This document shows positions 26,510 through 42,144 of a stretch of 64,000 nucleotides of DNA, in pieces. The stretch comes from Eledone cirrhosa. Taxonomy: Eukaryota. The notes under the pieces were generated by a model. It was not told the DNA's origin. It made no database searches and saw only the letters and a list, made by a program, of their open reading frames with translations. The position numbers and the translations under genes are program-made. The stretch's first letter is position 1. Every line of letters starts with the position of its first letter. The stretch lies in contig OZ024742.1 of NCBI GenBank assembly GCA_964016885.1, positions 309,690,001 to 309,754,000 on the forward strand. Direction: 5' to 3'.

Positions 26510-28238
26510 CATATACATACATAAAAACTCACATACATACATATATATATATATATCAATAACATTAATAAATGGAAACTATCTTTATAAAACCATATTT
26601 ATTTTATTATATATATTTCAAGGGTACCAACATTTGTTTATATATATAGAGATATGATGATTTCTCACGAATGAAACAGTTCTAGTCCTGTAGAAGCTTT
26701 TCTATATTAAAACATTTATACTCTGCTATGTATAGAGTACCTTACTTACTGTGGTTACCTCTGATTGACCCCGGAACACACACATACATACACATACATA
26801 CATGAAGTATAGGTCGGACGTCAGTGATAGGTGTGATAAACAACCTAAAATTTCCTGTCTGTGTGTTCGTCTCCAGTTAGTTTTGTTCAGTGGATGCAGC
26901 ACACACGCAAATACAAGCACGCACGCGCAAACAGCCCCCATACACACACTCTTATACATATTTTTATACACACGCAACGAACACATACATCTACACTCGA
27001 ACATATCCTCACAAATCACACCAATTCTTATACATTTACTTACAAAATATATATACATAATCGTATATACACATAAATAGACAGAGTAAAGGAGTTTGGT
27101 TTAGTGGTCACGGATGTTCGACACACGATTAGAAGGTCGTGAGTTCAATTTCTGAGCCGAGCGGCACATTGTGTTCTGAAGCAAGACACTTCATTTCATG
27201 CTAGAACTATGACTAAAACCTTCTTCTAGAAGCGACCTTGTTGGAGGTCAGCAAAGGTGTGAGCTGTTAAGATTTCAGGGCTTCCGTAAGATAAGGTGTT
27301 TTTTTAATAAAAAATATTTTAAGGTGTAGGAAGATCAGATACAGGAAATAACTGCAATCACAGTCAGTTGCTACAGAACAGCTTATAGAAATCGGGCTTC
27401 CCCCATTCCAGACCCCCCCCCCCACTCCAGGGACGGAAAAATGCTGCCAATGGCCGCTACGAAGAACCGAACTCCGTAGACTGTGATTACAGTTATTTTA
27501 TGCGTCTGAGTTTCCTACATATTCTTATAAATGCCTCAACGCTTAGTAAGTTTGAAAATTCGCGAGCTTTATACACGAAATTTATTATATATTTTTAAAA
27601 ACAATTTTTCTTCTATCTTCTTCTTCGCCCACTTATTCCTTCCAGCGGGCCCTGTCAGAAGCGACCGTTTCCAACTGATCCAGTTGGATCTCCTAGCGTG
27701 ACCAGCCAAGCTCATGGATGTTGTCCAACCATCTCACTCAGGGTCTACCCCTGGATCTCCTGCCTGTTGGTTTTGCCCGTAAAATCTGTCTAACGATTCT
27801 TTCCTGAGACGTTCTAACCACATGTCCATAGTATTAGAGCTGTGATATCTCAATTCGGAGAGGTAGCGGCTCTATTTTGAGTAACTCTCTGATCTCTGAG
27901 CTACGCACTTTATCGAGTAATGTTACTCCAAAGACCTAACATTTTTTTCAAAAGATTAAACAATCTTGGGTAAAACAATTTTTGTTTTATTTGATATCTC
28001 ATTATAATTACAATGGTGGGGATTATTAATAAAATAGAGATAAATGTTCCATAAATTTTGTAAAACCGCAACAAAATAAGTTTAGTAATCACAGGTAGAT
28101 ATACAGGTACACATTCTTATACACCGCACTGATTAGAGAGGTTGACAGCCAAAGAAGAAGAGGATACTGAATTACCGCAAACACAACTTAATATTATATG
28201 TGGTAGGTACATGTGTGTAGGTGAGTGTGTGTAGGTGA

Positions 28239-28310
<72 letters not shown>

Positions 28311-28543
28311 GTGTATATGCGTGCATATTTGTTGTGTATGTGTGCGTGTGTGAGTGTGTTACAGCGAGCTTTCTAATACACAGATCACTATTTGTAAAAG
28401 TGAGTCATCTCTAATACACAAATCAATGAAAACAGCCTTTCCCATTCACACAGATTTTGATACAAGCTGATACTGTAGTATTCTTATATACATTACCAGG
28501 GGTGTAATGGAGGTGATATAGCTATACACGACGATACAGGTTT

Positions 28544-28700
28544 TCATGTGATATAGGAGACTAACCGATTTTTAACCCCCTCTTTTGATGTTAGACTAAA
28601 TTCATCAAAATGATTTTGTAAACTTTTAAACAAATGATTATTAGAAGAACCATGGTCAGAAGAATATGGTGAGGTGAAATAATCTTTCCAAGCCAGGGTT
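28544..28700 (-). pseudogene. Mariner transposase C-terminal remnant
   Basis: LAWKDYFTSPYSSDHGSSNNHLFKSLQNHF resembles the HPPYSPDLAPSDYHLFRSLQN motif. Confidence 0.7.
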
Positions 28701-28874
28701 ACTCGTACACTATGTTTGTTTGTTTGTTCACGAACTACTCCTATGGTTTTGGAGATAGACTCCCATAACCCTATATATTCTGAAACTACATTGCCCAGGG
28801 TATTTGGATAAGTATATTTCATTTTAATCAAAGGGTTCCCCGGGGGCATTATCATGATAGAAAATGTTCCTTGG

Positions 28875-29069
28875 CAGATCTGCCAACCTCTAAAACCGCA
28901 AACGGGGAGTACCATGAAAAAAGCGCCCGAAAACGGGGAGAAATGAAGCAAAATGGGGAGATTTTACACAATGAAAGCTATACCCATTTTCACAAGAGAA
29001 GACATCTCTCACCCACCCCAAAGTGGGTGGCAGTTCTCTCCCGTCCGACGGGGAGAGTTGATAGATCTG
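28875..29069. mobile_element. About 195-bp MITE (second copy at 25560-25750)
   Basis: TIRs CAGATCTGCCAAC and GTTGATAGATCTG; internal sequence shared between the two copies. Confidence 0.7.
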
Positions 29070-29269
29070 GCTAAAGATAAACGTTCTTTTTTATTCAAAA
29101 TTGTTTTCGAATACTCATGGTGTTGGCTATTAACTTCAGGTGTGATTGCTTGATTATTGTTTAATATTGCATAATGAATTCCCCCCACGCACTGATGATG
29201 GTGCTTGTTATTGTGATAAAGGATCCATTTCTCATACTGAGTAACGATTTTGTAAAAAAAAAAAAAAAG

Positions 29270-29939
<670 letters not shown>

Positions 29940-29964
29940 AATGCCTCGCAGTTATTGATGACAT

Positions 29965-30424
29965 ATTGGTAATTCTTTACATGCATTTTCCAGCCTTAAA
30001 ACATTTCCCAAACCCTTTAAATCCATGTACGCTGAGTTCCCTTGCAATAATGTCAGGATTTGCTGTAACAGCTGTTTCCACTGATTCGAGTTGGACACGT
30101 CTCATTTAGAGTGAAATAGCCACTCTGAAATACCGACTGCACCATCACCACCCGTTCTCTGGGTGGATTGTGCAGCTGAAATCACGCTGACTCTCCAGCC
30201 TCACCACATGTGAAACTCGTAAAGCGTGGCAACTCGATAGCCTTTTCCCTCGAACTGCCTCAGTTTGGAACTCTCTTCCATCTCATTGTTTTACTTCTTC
30301 TTATAACCTGAACTATTTCAAGTTTAAAGTAAATTAATTCCTTTCGTCTTAATTTCTTCTTCTTCATAGTACCTTACACTAAGCGGCTTCACGCCTTATT
30401 TGGGACTTTCAAGAGAGAAAAAAA
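29965..30424 (+). mobile_element. CR1/Jockey-group LINE 3' end
   Basis: FFPRTASVWNSLPSHCFTSSYNLNYFKFKVN, then a short 3' UTR and A-rich tail. Confidence 0.7.
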
Positions 30425-30559
30425 TGTTTACTTATGATAGCATGACGAAAGTCTGAATCTTAGCTTTACTCATAGCACCAACATATGACCAACATATATA
30501 ACATTCATTATTGGTGATAGGGTAGATAAACAGATTTTGAAATAAATATTCTTTGTTTC

Positions 30560-31050
30560 TTCAGCAATTGACTACCAAACATGAAGACATCCTGACTAAA
30601 TTCCAATCCAATGTCCTGTGAGAATATTGTGGGCAGCTCTTATTCTTTCTTGGTGCAGTGAATATTATCTGAATACAGCGTAAGTTCACCAACATAAAGG
30701 TGTAGATGACCTTAATGCTTCTTTCCTTGACAGATCCTAACATGCACTCTAACAGCTAACATAAACCTTAAGGGATAACATACACACCAAGGGCTAACAA
30801 ACTGTTCACTGCTAGGACAAACATTATTTCTGTTCGGCTCAGTCCTAATTCATTTCCTTCCTCCTGTCAGCTCATCAGTCACCACCACATTGTTTGCCTG
30901 AAAGTGACCTTGGAGGTACACACTCAGGGAACTTGTGTATGTATGCATGGTCCCGCAACTCATGAGGTGTCATAGTGGCGCCGCATTTACATACGGCGTT
31001 TCTCTGGCATTTTAAAACCTGGCGGAGCCCATCCTTCCAGGTCTGAATAC
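30560..31050 (-). mobile_element. Decayed RTE LINE 5' end (UTR plus start of the AP endonuclease)
   Basis: LGSVKERSIKVI...VNLRCIQ resembles NVGTMKGRS...VDICCIQE; heavily mutated. Confidence 0.4.
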
Positions 31051-31546
31051 AGCAGATCTTTTCCAGAGAAGGAGAGAGAATGAAAGAATAGAAGAGGGAA
31101 GGAGATATAAAGGAAGAATCGACCCTAGTAATAGACCGGTACTATATTTATCGACCTTGAATGGATGAAAGCAAAGTTGACCTCGGCGGAATTTCCGCTG
31201 CCTATAACCTGTGTATAGTTTATCCCTAACATTTAATCATGAAACGGGTCTCTTGGTTCTTAGATATAACTATTGTCCACTAAACCAGTCGAGTACGTTG
31301 CGGTTAGCTTGTAAGGTTTTTTTGAACAGGTTGACGAGAGCCATCCTGTAGAATGGGACATGATGGATTTCAGTCGGTTCGATCAATGGATCAGCCTGCT
31401 CATGAGATTAACGTGTAAGTGGATGAGCATTGAACATACACGTGTACCCTTAACGTATTTCCCAGGGAGATTCGGCGTGGCACAATATGTGACAAGGCTG
31501 GTTCCTTGAATTCCAGATTTCATTCGAAGGAAATCATCACGAAAGC

Positions 31547-31590
31547 CTGATGATTTCCTTCGAATGAAACAGTTCTAGTCCTGTTGAAGC
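31547..31590 (+). ncRNA. Hammerhead of the CTAGTCCTGTAGAAGC family
   Basis: CTGATGA-TTTCCTTCGAAT-GAAA-CAG...CTG-TT-GAAGC; inverted core copy at 31518-31539; helix I 5' strand disrupted. Confidence 0.6.
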
Positions 31591-31602
31591 CATTTCTATA
31601 TT

Positions 31603-31711
<109 letters not shown>

Positions 31712-31729
31712 GTTAGAACAGTGACATGT

Positions 31730-31779
31730 ACAGGTACTTAAGTTTCATTTGGTTATTCAGCCCAACTCATTCAGCCTGT
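31730..31779 (-). ncRNA. Minimal hammerhead with one extra core nucleotide
   Basis: ACAGG-CTGAATGA-GTTGG/CCAAAT-GAAA-CTTAAG-TA-CCTGT. Confidence 0.7.
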
Positions 31780-31863
31780 TGTAACTAATCATGTAATCAT
31801 ACTTAACTCGTCCTATGGACTGGGTGCTCTTACCTTTGGATATTCATATCAAATTTGTGCAAT

Positions 31864-31894
<31 letters not shown>

Positions 31895-33119
31895 GGGAGA
31901 GAGAGGGATTGAAACTGAACTGAGCTTTAATCCAAGACAAACTTGTATACTGAAGAAAGGTACAAATGCAGACACAAAATAATCAGTGCAGTGGGGAGGA
32001 GGAGGAGCAAAATAAAGGAGGATGTGTAAATGTAGTAGTCAGCACGAGCAGATAGTCACACCAGCCAACTAGGCAGCTTCTATGTGGCTGCTCTTCCTGC
32101 TAGAAATAGCAGCAAAATATTCTTTGAATGGCGCATTTGCATCTTTAAGAAAAAAGATTATGCTGTCATGTGTGCATTGGTGGATTGGCAGTCTCGGTAG
32201 CGGGTCGGACGCCATGCTTTGCTGCATAGAGTTACGCCCCTTTACGGTCTGAGTTCAAATCCCGCCGAGGTTAACTTTGCCTTTCATCCTTACGGGGTCG
32301 ATAAAATAAAGTACCAGTAATGCACTGGGATAATTGCTGGCCTTGTGCCAAAAGTAGAAACAATTATATATCCTCATAGATAAGCTGTGATATATAATCA
32401 GGGCTGTGACCTGTGGTTATCGGGTGTTTCAGGTCTTTCAGCACCATATACCCTCTTCCAGGTGACCCGACCCAGCCAGGGATGATCAGGCCTTGACATG
32501 CGCCGCAGCAGCAATCAACCACGGATCATACCTTTTTATCTAAACCACTAGGTGGCTTCCTTAGTGGTTTCGCTTACCGAATGAATGGCTATTTCTTCTC
32601 AACTCATGTGAAGCCCAATTGGCTGAAGTCCTTGCAGAGTGATACATCTAAGCCTCAAATACATCTAAAAGACAGGACAGTCACGGTTGTCATGCTTTTC
32701 ATCATTTAAACCGGCTGTATCCGGCCAGAATTCTCTCACCTCTTTCTGTTCAAATCGGCCATAACCGGCTGCTCATACTTATGTTAAAGTATTGTTCTCA
32801 AAATAAATAATATCAAAATCCCATAGGTTCGATATTATGTGAGATAATTATGTGAGGTAAAGCCTTTACCACAAAAATACAATATTAAATATGGAGTAAT
32901 GCAAATGCTAAAGGGTGAACAGCGGTGCCCATCTAACTTTCCAGAGCTTCCGTGACTAATGTGAGGGAGGAGCGTATTGTGAAACTGGATCCCTGGTTCG
33001 AATCCTTACAACATAGTGGACTCAGCTAAAGACACCCAAGGACCATCTGGTGGTGTTAAAACGGGTCATGAATTAAGTCTAGCACTCAAGCTGTGTTGAC
33101 CTCAGTTCAAACAGCAGCT

Positions 33120-33411
33120 GAAGCAACGGCGACGACGGAAAAAGGCGACCACCATCACCATTACCACCACTACAACAACAACAATATTGGCAACAAGGAC
33201 GATGACGGTAACAACAACGTCAATAGCAACAACAACGACAACAACAACACCACTAATAGCAGCAACAACAAGGACGATGTCGACTACAAAAACAAAACAA
33301 CAAGAACAACAATGACGACGGCAATCACCACCATCACCACCACCACCACTAATACCACCACCACCACCAACTCCACCACCTCCAACAACAATAGCAACAA
33401 CGGCGACGACG

Positions 33412-33442
<31 letters not shown>

Positions 33443-34012
33443 GGACGACGGCAATCACCAGCACCACCAGCACCAGCACCACCACCACCACCACCATCAG
33501 CACCACCAGCACCACCAGCACCACCACCACCATCAGCACCACCACCACCACCACCACCACCACCACCACCACCACCACCACCATCAGCACCACCACCACC
33601 ACCAGCACCACCAGCACCACCAGCACCACCATCAGCACCACCACCAGCAGCACCAGCAGCACCAGCAGCACCAGCAGCACCACCAGCACCACCAGCACCA
33701 CCGTCACCACCATCACCACCACCACCACCACCACCACCAGCACCACCACCATTACCACCACCACCACCACCACAAGCACCACCACCATCAGCACCACCAC
33801 CACCATCATCACCACCAGCAGCAACAATACCAGCACCAGCACCAGCACCAGCACCAGCACCACCACCATGACCACCACCAACAATAACAAGGACGACGGC
33901 AATCCCCACCAGCATCAACAACAACGATGGCAACAGCAACAACAACAACTACAACAACAAAGACGACGAAAAAAAAACAATAACGGCGACAACAACAACA
34001 ACAACAACAACA
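33120..34012. repeat. Compound trinucleotide tract (AAC/CAC/CAG/CAT)
   Basis: Low-complexity tract that is open in several frames on both strands. Confidence 0.9.
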
Positions 34013-34139
34013 ATGTTTAACTTGAGTGTTTATATATATATACAATAAAAATGATGTGAACTTTGAACATGAAAACAGTTTGTATAGACATAGAGATATT
34101 TGACAGAATATACCTTGACGTGTCGGGGTAGAGGTTTAA

Positions 34140-34360
34140 CCCTTTAGCATTCAAACCGGCCATTTCCGGTAAGAATTCTCTGACCTCTTTCTATTCAAAC
34201 CGGCTGTAACTGGCCACTTATACTGATATTAAGGTATTGTTCTCAAAATAAATAACATTGAAATCTCATAGATTCGATATTATGTAAGATAATTATGTGC
34301 GATAAAGTGTTTACCGCGAAAATACAATAGTATATATAGAGTAATCTAAATGCTAAAGGG
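34140..34360. mobile_element. piggyBac-type MITE (older copy at about 32695-32915)
   Basis: TTAA-CCCTTTAGCATT...AATGCTAAAGGG-GTAA. Confidence 0.8.
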
Positions 34361-34532
34361 GTAAGGCTATCGTAGCAATAGTTGGGGTTTTGATCCTCTC
34401 ACTGGCACCACCAATGTGGACGCAGTAGGGAAGAATGGTTACGAGGTTTGCTTTGCAATAATTAGGCTCCAAGTTCGATCCCACTGCTTAGCATTTTGGA
34501 AAAGTGTCATTTACCATTGCTTCGGGTTAACC

Positions 34533-35022
34533 CAGAGGCGTCATTAGGGCATGGCAAGCATGGCACGTACCATGGGCCCCACTTGAAAGGGGGAGCCACT
34601 TAAGCTAGGAGCACTTTTTCTTAAAGTTAGATAAACTATCGCCGAAGTGTCAAAAATAGAAATTTCTTCAAGTGTATGATTTGTCTTTGATTATCATGAG
34701 GGCGGTGTATTGGCAGTATCGGTAGAGGGTCGGATGCCATGCTTTCCAGCATAGTTACGCCCCTTTACGGTCTAAGTTCAAATCCCGTCGAGGTTAATTT
34801 TGTCTTTCATCCTTACGGGCTCGATAAAATAAAGTACCAGTAATGCACTGGGTAATTGCTGGCCTTGTGCCAAATGTAGAAACAATTATCATGAGTGAGA
34901 AGCGCTATGGTGACCTGACCATTAAACCATTTATAATAGGCTCATAGTTAAAAATACAGTGCTGGGTAGGGGCGCCATTTCACTGCTTGCCATAGGCGTT
35001 ATTTTCCTTAGTTGCGCCTCTG
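34533..35022. mobile_element. hAT MITE with 8-bp TSD, containing a nested SINE
   Basis: TIRs CAGAGGCG...CGCCTCTG, TSD GGTTAACC on both sides; SINE at 34699-34890 flanked by an ATTATCATGAG duplication. Confidence 0.9.
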
Positions 35023-35369
35023 GGTTAACCCATACCTTGTAAGTGAAACTGGGTAGACGGAAACTGCTTGGAAGCCTGTCCACTAAATACATTCACTACT
35101 ATGGAGATGAAACAGAAAATTAAGTAAATATCATTGAAATAAACAGAAAAATTTAGTTAAAAGCCTTTCAGAGCTTCTACGATTGTCTTGGCACCCAGGA
35201 AGACATTCCTAGTTTGCTAAATTAATCGGATTTTATCCTGATATAAGGCATAGACAATCCGTCGGTGGTTCAGGCTGCAGTGGTTTAGTGTATGTGGCGT
35301 GGTGCGGTGTAGTGTGGTGTGGTGTTATAGTCTGGACATATATTATCTCCGACTAAACAAATGCGAGAA

Positions 35370-35760
35370 TATAAAGGTACCAAGTATATAACATTTAAAA
35401 GAAAAGCAGTGTTAATATCCGATTAACTTAAGGAACATTAGGAAAATCAACTTTTTAAGTTGGAACGACTACATTTCAAATTACAAAATTTCCCAAAATT
35501 TCTTAATTCAACAGGCTTAAAATCTTCTAAAAGACGGCATTCTGTGGTCAGGGACCCTCTTACCGTAATGGTTAACGCACTCATTGTAAAGGTACCAAGT
35601 AGATAAAAAAAAAGAAAAAAAAAGGAAATGTAAATATCTGATTAACTTAAGGAACATTGGGAAAATCAACTTTTTAGTTGGAACGATTAGATTTAAAATT
35701 TCCAAATTTCCCAGAGATTCTTAATTAAACAGGCTTAAAGTTTTATAAAAGACGGCGTGA
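35370..35760. repeat. Local direct duplication, unit about 215 bp
   Basis: AAAGGTACCAAGTA...GATTAACTTAAGGAACATT...AACAGGCTTAAA...AAAAGACGGC occurs twice. Confidence 0.75.
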
Positions 35761-36629
35761 ACTCTCCCAGTGTCGAGTAGGAAGGAAAGAGTAGATTAGA
35801 GTAGGAAGGAAAGAGGCCCTGGCGCTTGTCGGGGCCTCCATGACGGTTGCAAGTAAAGGAGAAAGCTACTTTTTTTCCTAAAATAAATCTCAAAAATCTA
35901 TCATGCGTCCTGGAGGCCGAAGGTTGTTTATTATTTAGTAATGTACTGGGATAATTGCTGGCCTTGTGCCAAAAGTAGAAACAATTATTTATTTTCAAAT
36001 TTTTGGTTGTCAAAATTAGAGACCGTCTTCGAGGACGAAGCGTCTTCGGCGCCGGGAAATGCTGTTACTTTAGTATTTAGTTTCATCCCAGTATCAGACG
36101 TCCACTCAAAAATATTTTATCTGGTACGCGGATTTCATTAAATATGTGATGTTGCATACACAATTTCTTTGTCTTCCTTATCAATATTTTGTTAGCGAAC
36201 AATAAAGTCCAACATCAAAAGAAATAGGGCCAAAATAAATGAATGTTTTATATTCTCTTCATGGAGGTCTGTTCTTGATGCTTGCAACAGAGTGAACTTG
36301 CTATGAGCACTCACATTTTTACGACCAGGTACTGGTGTTCAATCGGGCGATGGATTATGTACATCACCAATATATGCTATGATTGTTTACGTTGCTGCGC
36401 AGTATGAATGTACATGAAGCTACGTAGTTAAGCAGCTGATGTCTTATGACAGTCATGGGCAAACTGCAAACCGCGAGCCGCATGCGGCCCATTCGGGTTT
36501 CTGAAGAGTACGCCTAATTGAAAAGTTACTTTGAATTTTTTAATAGATGGGTGACTCAAGATTTTGGTGTTGCCTGATTAACAAGTCTGATGAGCAGATT
36601 AGGGCTGGGTACAACACACACACACACGA

Positions 36630-36721
<92 letters not shown>

Positions 36722-36898
36722 TATTGAATTGCTATAAAGATGCTTCCAGGAAATAATCCCATATACACATATTTATGTACATATACATGTACATATATAT
36801 GTGTATACAAAAACACATAAATATCATAATTGCGTGCATGTGTAGTGTTTGTGAGTGCGTGTACGTAAATATGTGCATATACATGTCCACACACACAC

Positions 36899-36971
<73 letters not shown>

Positions 36972-37088
36972 GAGAAGAAAGAAGAATACTGCGTGGTTGC
37001 ACATGGGTTACATATGATAAAAATAGTCCTTCGTCAGTGATTTTCCAACCATCATTGGTATTTCATCGCATATATATATATATATGTT

Positions 37089-37126
<38 letters not shown>

Positions 37127-37242
37127 TATACACACACGCACACACATATACATATGTATCCACACACACACATATATATATATATCCACACACACAGACA
37201 CACATATATATATATCCACACACACACACATACACACACACA

Positions 37243-37358
<116 letters not shown>

Positions 37359-37494
37359 CGTGTGTGTGTGTGTCTGTGTGTGTCTGTAAGTGAAGAATCT
37401 TGTTCTCTGGCATCTCAGAAACAGAATAAAGAATGTTATTTATCTCTACTTCGATAGTAGTGAGTTCTCATTCTCACTTCCGTCAACACTCTGC

Positions 37495-37613
<119 letters not shown>

Positions 37614-37625
37614 TATACATATATA

Positions 37626-37695
<70 letters not shown>

Positions 37696-37991
37696 CATAT
37701 ATATATATACATACATACATATATATGTATATATATATATTTTGTTTGACCTGTTTAGCTTGATTTGTTTTTTGGCTTAGGTGGTTAATGCCTTCTTGAC
37801 CACTTTTTCAGTTTTTATGGCATTTTAACATATTGTTTAGCTCTAGTTTTCTTAACTATTGGAGCGCTTGCCAGCATTTCTACGATTTTGCGTTTCGTTT
37901 CGCTTTTTCTACCAGCCGAAATACGATTCTCGCTGATTTTATATTTATATATATATATAGAAGTGGTTACACAACAGTTAGTTCACCATAC

Positions 37992-38029
37992 CGAGAACAA
38001 TTGTTTCACCTTAGCGGATCCTCAGCTCG
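37992..38029 (-). ncRNA. Very compact (38 nt) type I hammerhead
   Basis: CGAG-CTGAGGA-TCC/GGT-GAAA-CAATTG-TT-CTCG. Confidence 0.75.
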
Positions 38030-38129
38030 TAATGGACATGGTTATACGAAACAGTATAACCATGTCCACTTCTACCTAACTCTGGACTGAGTGCTCTACC
38101 ACTACGGATATTACCTTCCAGTGTTCTAC

Positions 38130-38180
<51 letters not shown>

Positions 38181-38402
38181 GGAGGTGAGTTTTATTGTAG
38201 TACAATAAAGCAATGCAGATATCGGATAAGAAGCACTCTACAGTTTGTAGGACTGGAGTATACATAATATATAAGATCAAAATATGGTTAAAAGAGTTCC
38301 ATGTATTTTATTATGCGCATTTCAAAAACAAATATCATCATGATATTTGTTTTTGAAATGCGCATAATAAAATACATGGAACTCTTTTAACCATCTTTTG
38401 AT

Positions 38403-39035
<633 letters not shown>

Positions 39036-39152
39036 ATATATATATATATACATATATATATACACACATATGTATGTATATATATATATTTATAAATATG
39101 GTTATATATGTGTATATATAAAATATATACACATGTATATATGTATAGTGTG

Positions 39153-39228
<76 letters not shown>

Positions 39229-39387
39229 CGATGTATATCGGGGGTTGACGACAGTTAACAAATGTACTTAATAAGTAGTAGAGTATACTCTACTACTTAT
39301 ATATATATATATATATATATAATTTATATAGAAATGGCTTCTACAGGATTAGAGCTGTTTCATTCGGAGGAACCTGGGATAAACATA

Positions 39388-39605
<218 letters not shown>

Positions 39606-39606
39606 G

Positions 39607-39777
39607 AAGGAAGACGCAGTAAAGGTACACCATGAAAAACATGGGCGGAGGTGGTGATAGCAGACCTCAGATCGCTGAAGCTCAAGGAGGAGATGACGAA
39701 GGACCGTGACAAGTGGAGAGATGCTGTGCTAAACAGGACCCGTCCAACCCTTGCAAGCAGGGAAAAGCGGACGTAAA

Positions 39778-39809
<32 letters not shown>

Positions 39810-39810
39810 A
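39607..39810 (+). mobile_element. RTE LINE 3' terminus with (GAT)n tail
   Basis: [28 protein letters not shown], then a short UTR and (GAT)n. Confidence 0.75.
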
Positions 39811-40307
39811 TTTTATAATATACACGTATATTGTTTTCTTTAGAAAAATACTTGATACTCTTGTGTAATGTATATCTATTAATCAGGACACTTGATTAGA
39901 TAATAATTTGATGTTGATTGAACAACTCTATGATCCATATCATTCCAGTCGTGAGCATTTGCAAGAGGTAGCTTGTAATTTCAGCGTTCTTTGGCTGCTG
40001 TTTTTAGCGGTTATTTGTTTCTGACTAGAATATGGACTGCAAGAGATTTCAGCAGGAGTCTATGATGGATATCAAGTCTGTCAGACGGCAGTAATTTCTC
40101 TCTTTGAAAATCTTTGTTAGTTTAACCCAGAGGTTCTCAAATCCCCCCCCCCCCTCCCAACCTCACGTCTACGTAATACTATCAGCGCCACCTCTATTTC
40201 CAGAGTGACCTGCCGATACGTAAATTGTAAATAATATATAATAAATAAAATCGTTAATAAATAATATAATATATTCTGTGTATAAATAAATATTATATAT
40301 TCTTATT

Positions 40308-40374
<67 letters not shown>

Positions 40375-40414
40375 GATATTAACAAATGGAAACTATATTT
40401 ATAAAACCATATTT

Positions 40415-40477
40415 ATTTCATTATACATATTTCAAGGACACCAAGTTAAATTATGGTGTGCTCTCATCAGATAAAAT
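40415..40477 (-). ncRNA. Minimal type I hammerhead
   Basis: ATTTTAT-CTGATGA-GAGCACACCA/TGGTGTCCTT-GAAA-TATGTA-TA-ATGAAAT. Confidence 0.85.
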
Positions 40478-40657
40478 ATAATATAGATCAGTTTTATAAA
40501 TAAATATTGACATACCCTTAAAGAATGCAACCATTGCTGTTGGAAGCTCCCGGATAGTGGAGTTATAGCGTTAATTATTAGTATTGGATATTTTAAAAAT
40601 AAGCCGTTGGGTTACGGAGAAATAGAAAGATAGAGAAGGAAAGCGAGAGAGAGAGCA

Positions 40658-40723
<66 letters not shown>

Positions 40724-40803
40724 TATCCGGATGACTTCCAAAAACAATGGTTGCATTTTAATAGGGTACATCAAAGCTTATTTGTAAAACTGTTATATAT
40801 TGT

Positions 40804-40866
40804 ATTTTGTCTGATGAAGGCATCCCATAATTTAATTTGGTATCCCTGAAATATGTATAATGAAAT
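40804..40866 (+). ncRNA. Minimal type I hammerhead, inverted partner of 40415-40477
   Basis: ATTTTGT-CTGATGA-AGGCATCCCA/TGGTATCCCT-GAAA-TATGTA-TA-ATGAAAT. Confidence 0.85.
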
Positions 40867-40995
40867 AAATATGGTTTTATAAATATAGTTTCCATTTATT
40901 AATATCGTATATCTACTCCAAATACTTGTCGAGTGCTTTATATCAGTTATAAAAATATTTACTTGTTGTATCCCAACAATTTTAAATAGAACTTT

Positions 40996-41033
<38 letters not shown>

Positions 41034-41170
41034 CTTTAAAACGTTGAAATATCTGAGATCCCCAGTAGACAACTGATGAGGACCCCCCCCCCTGCCGTTC
41101 TTGCTTTCTTCTTATTCTCATTCCATTTTTAAGCCTAACTTAACTAGAAACTACACAGCCATCCTATTCT

Positions 41171-41295
<125 letters not shown>

Positions 41296-41460
41296 GTAAG
41301 GTACACAATACAAAGCAGAGTATACATATTTAATATAGAAAAGGCTTCTACAGGACTAGAAGCCTGTAGAAGCCTTTGCTATATTAAATATTTATCCTCT
41401 GCTTTGTATTGTGTACCTTACTTACTGTGGTTACCCCCGATTGAACCCGGGATAAACTTA

Positions 41461-41501
<41 letters not shown>

Positions 41502-42099
41502 TCATTTGATATTTAATATATATATAATCTCTACCTCCCCCAATGCCCCACTAGTCTCCAGCCATTCCTCTGGACCTTATCAATGTCCCCTGGGGGACGA
41601 TAGCGCCCACTTTGAGAACCTCTGGACTAGACTATGAACTCCAAGAGACTTCAACAGTATCCATGATGGATATCCAGGTTATCAGACGGCAGTCATTTCT
41701 CTCTGTGAACAACATCTCAGTTTAACCCTTTTGCCAGCAAACTGCACGAAACTGTCTCTTTATTTTAAAATGCTTATATATATCTAAAAACGTTATATCA
41801 TTAATAAATTTAGGGACCTCTTTTGAAGTTATATTCCAAACACCTTCTTAACAATGATTTCTTATATAGGCTCAAGGCCAGCAATTTGGGGGAAGGGGAA
41901 AGTCGATTAAATAGACCCCAGTGCGTGACTGGTACTTTATATTATCGACCCCGTAAGGATGAAAGGCAAAATTGCTGGCCTTGTGCCTATATAAGAAAAC
42001 ATTATTTGATATTTAATATACCATTATATCATCTCTACCACCCCTACGTCCCCTTAGACCCCTCAAGACAAACATCTAACGCACTGAAAACACTGTTTC

Positions 42100-42144
<45 letters not shown>

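Noticed and set aside
32450-32650. Host exon after the CCCTCTTCCAG acceptor-like site
   Set aside because: Stops in all three frames within about 40 nt.
33093-33948. His-rich, Val-rich or Gly-rich protein
   Set aside because: Trinucleotide tract open in several frames on both strands; no splice or domain evidence.
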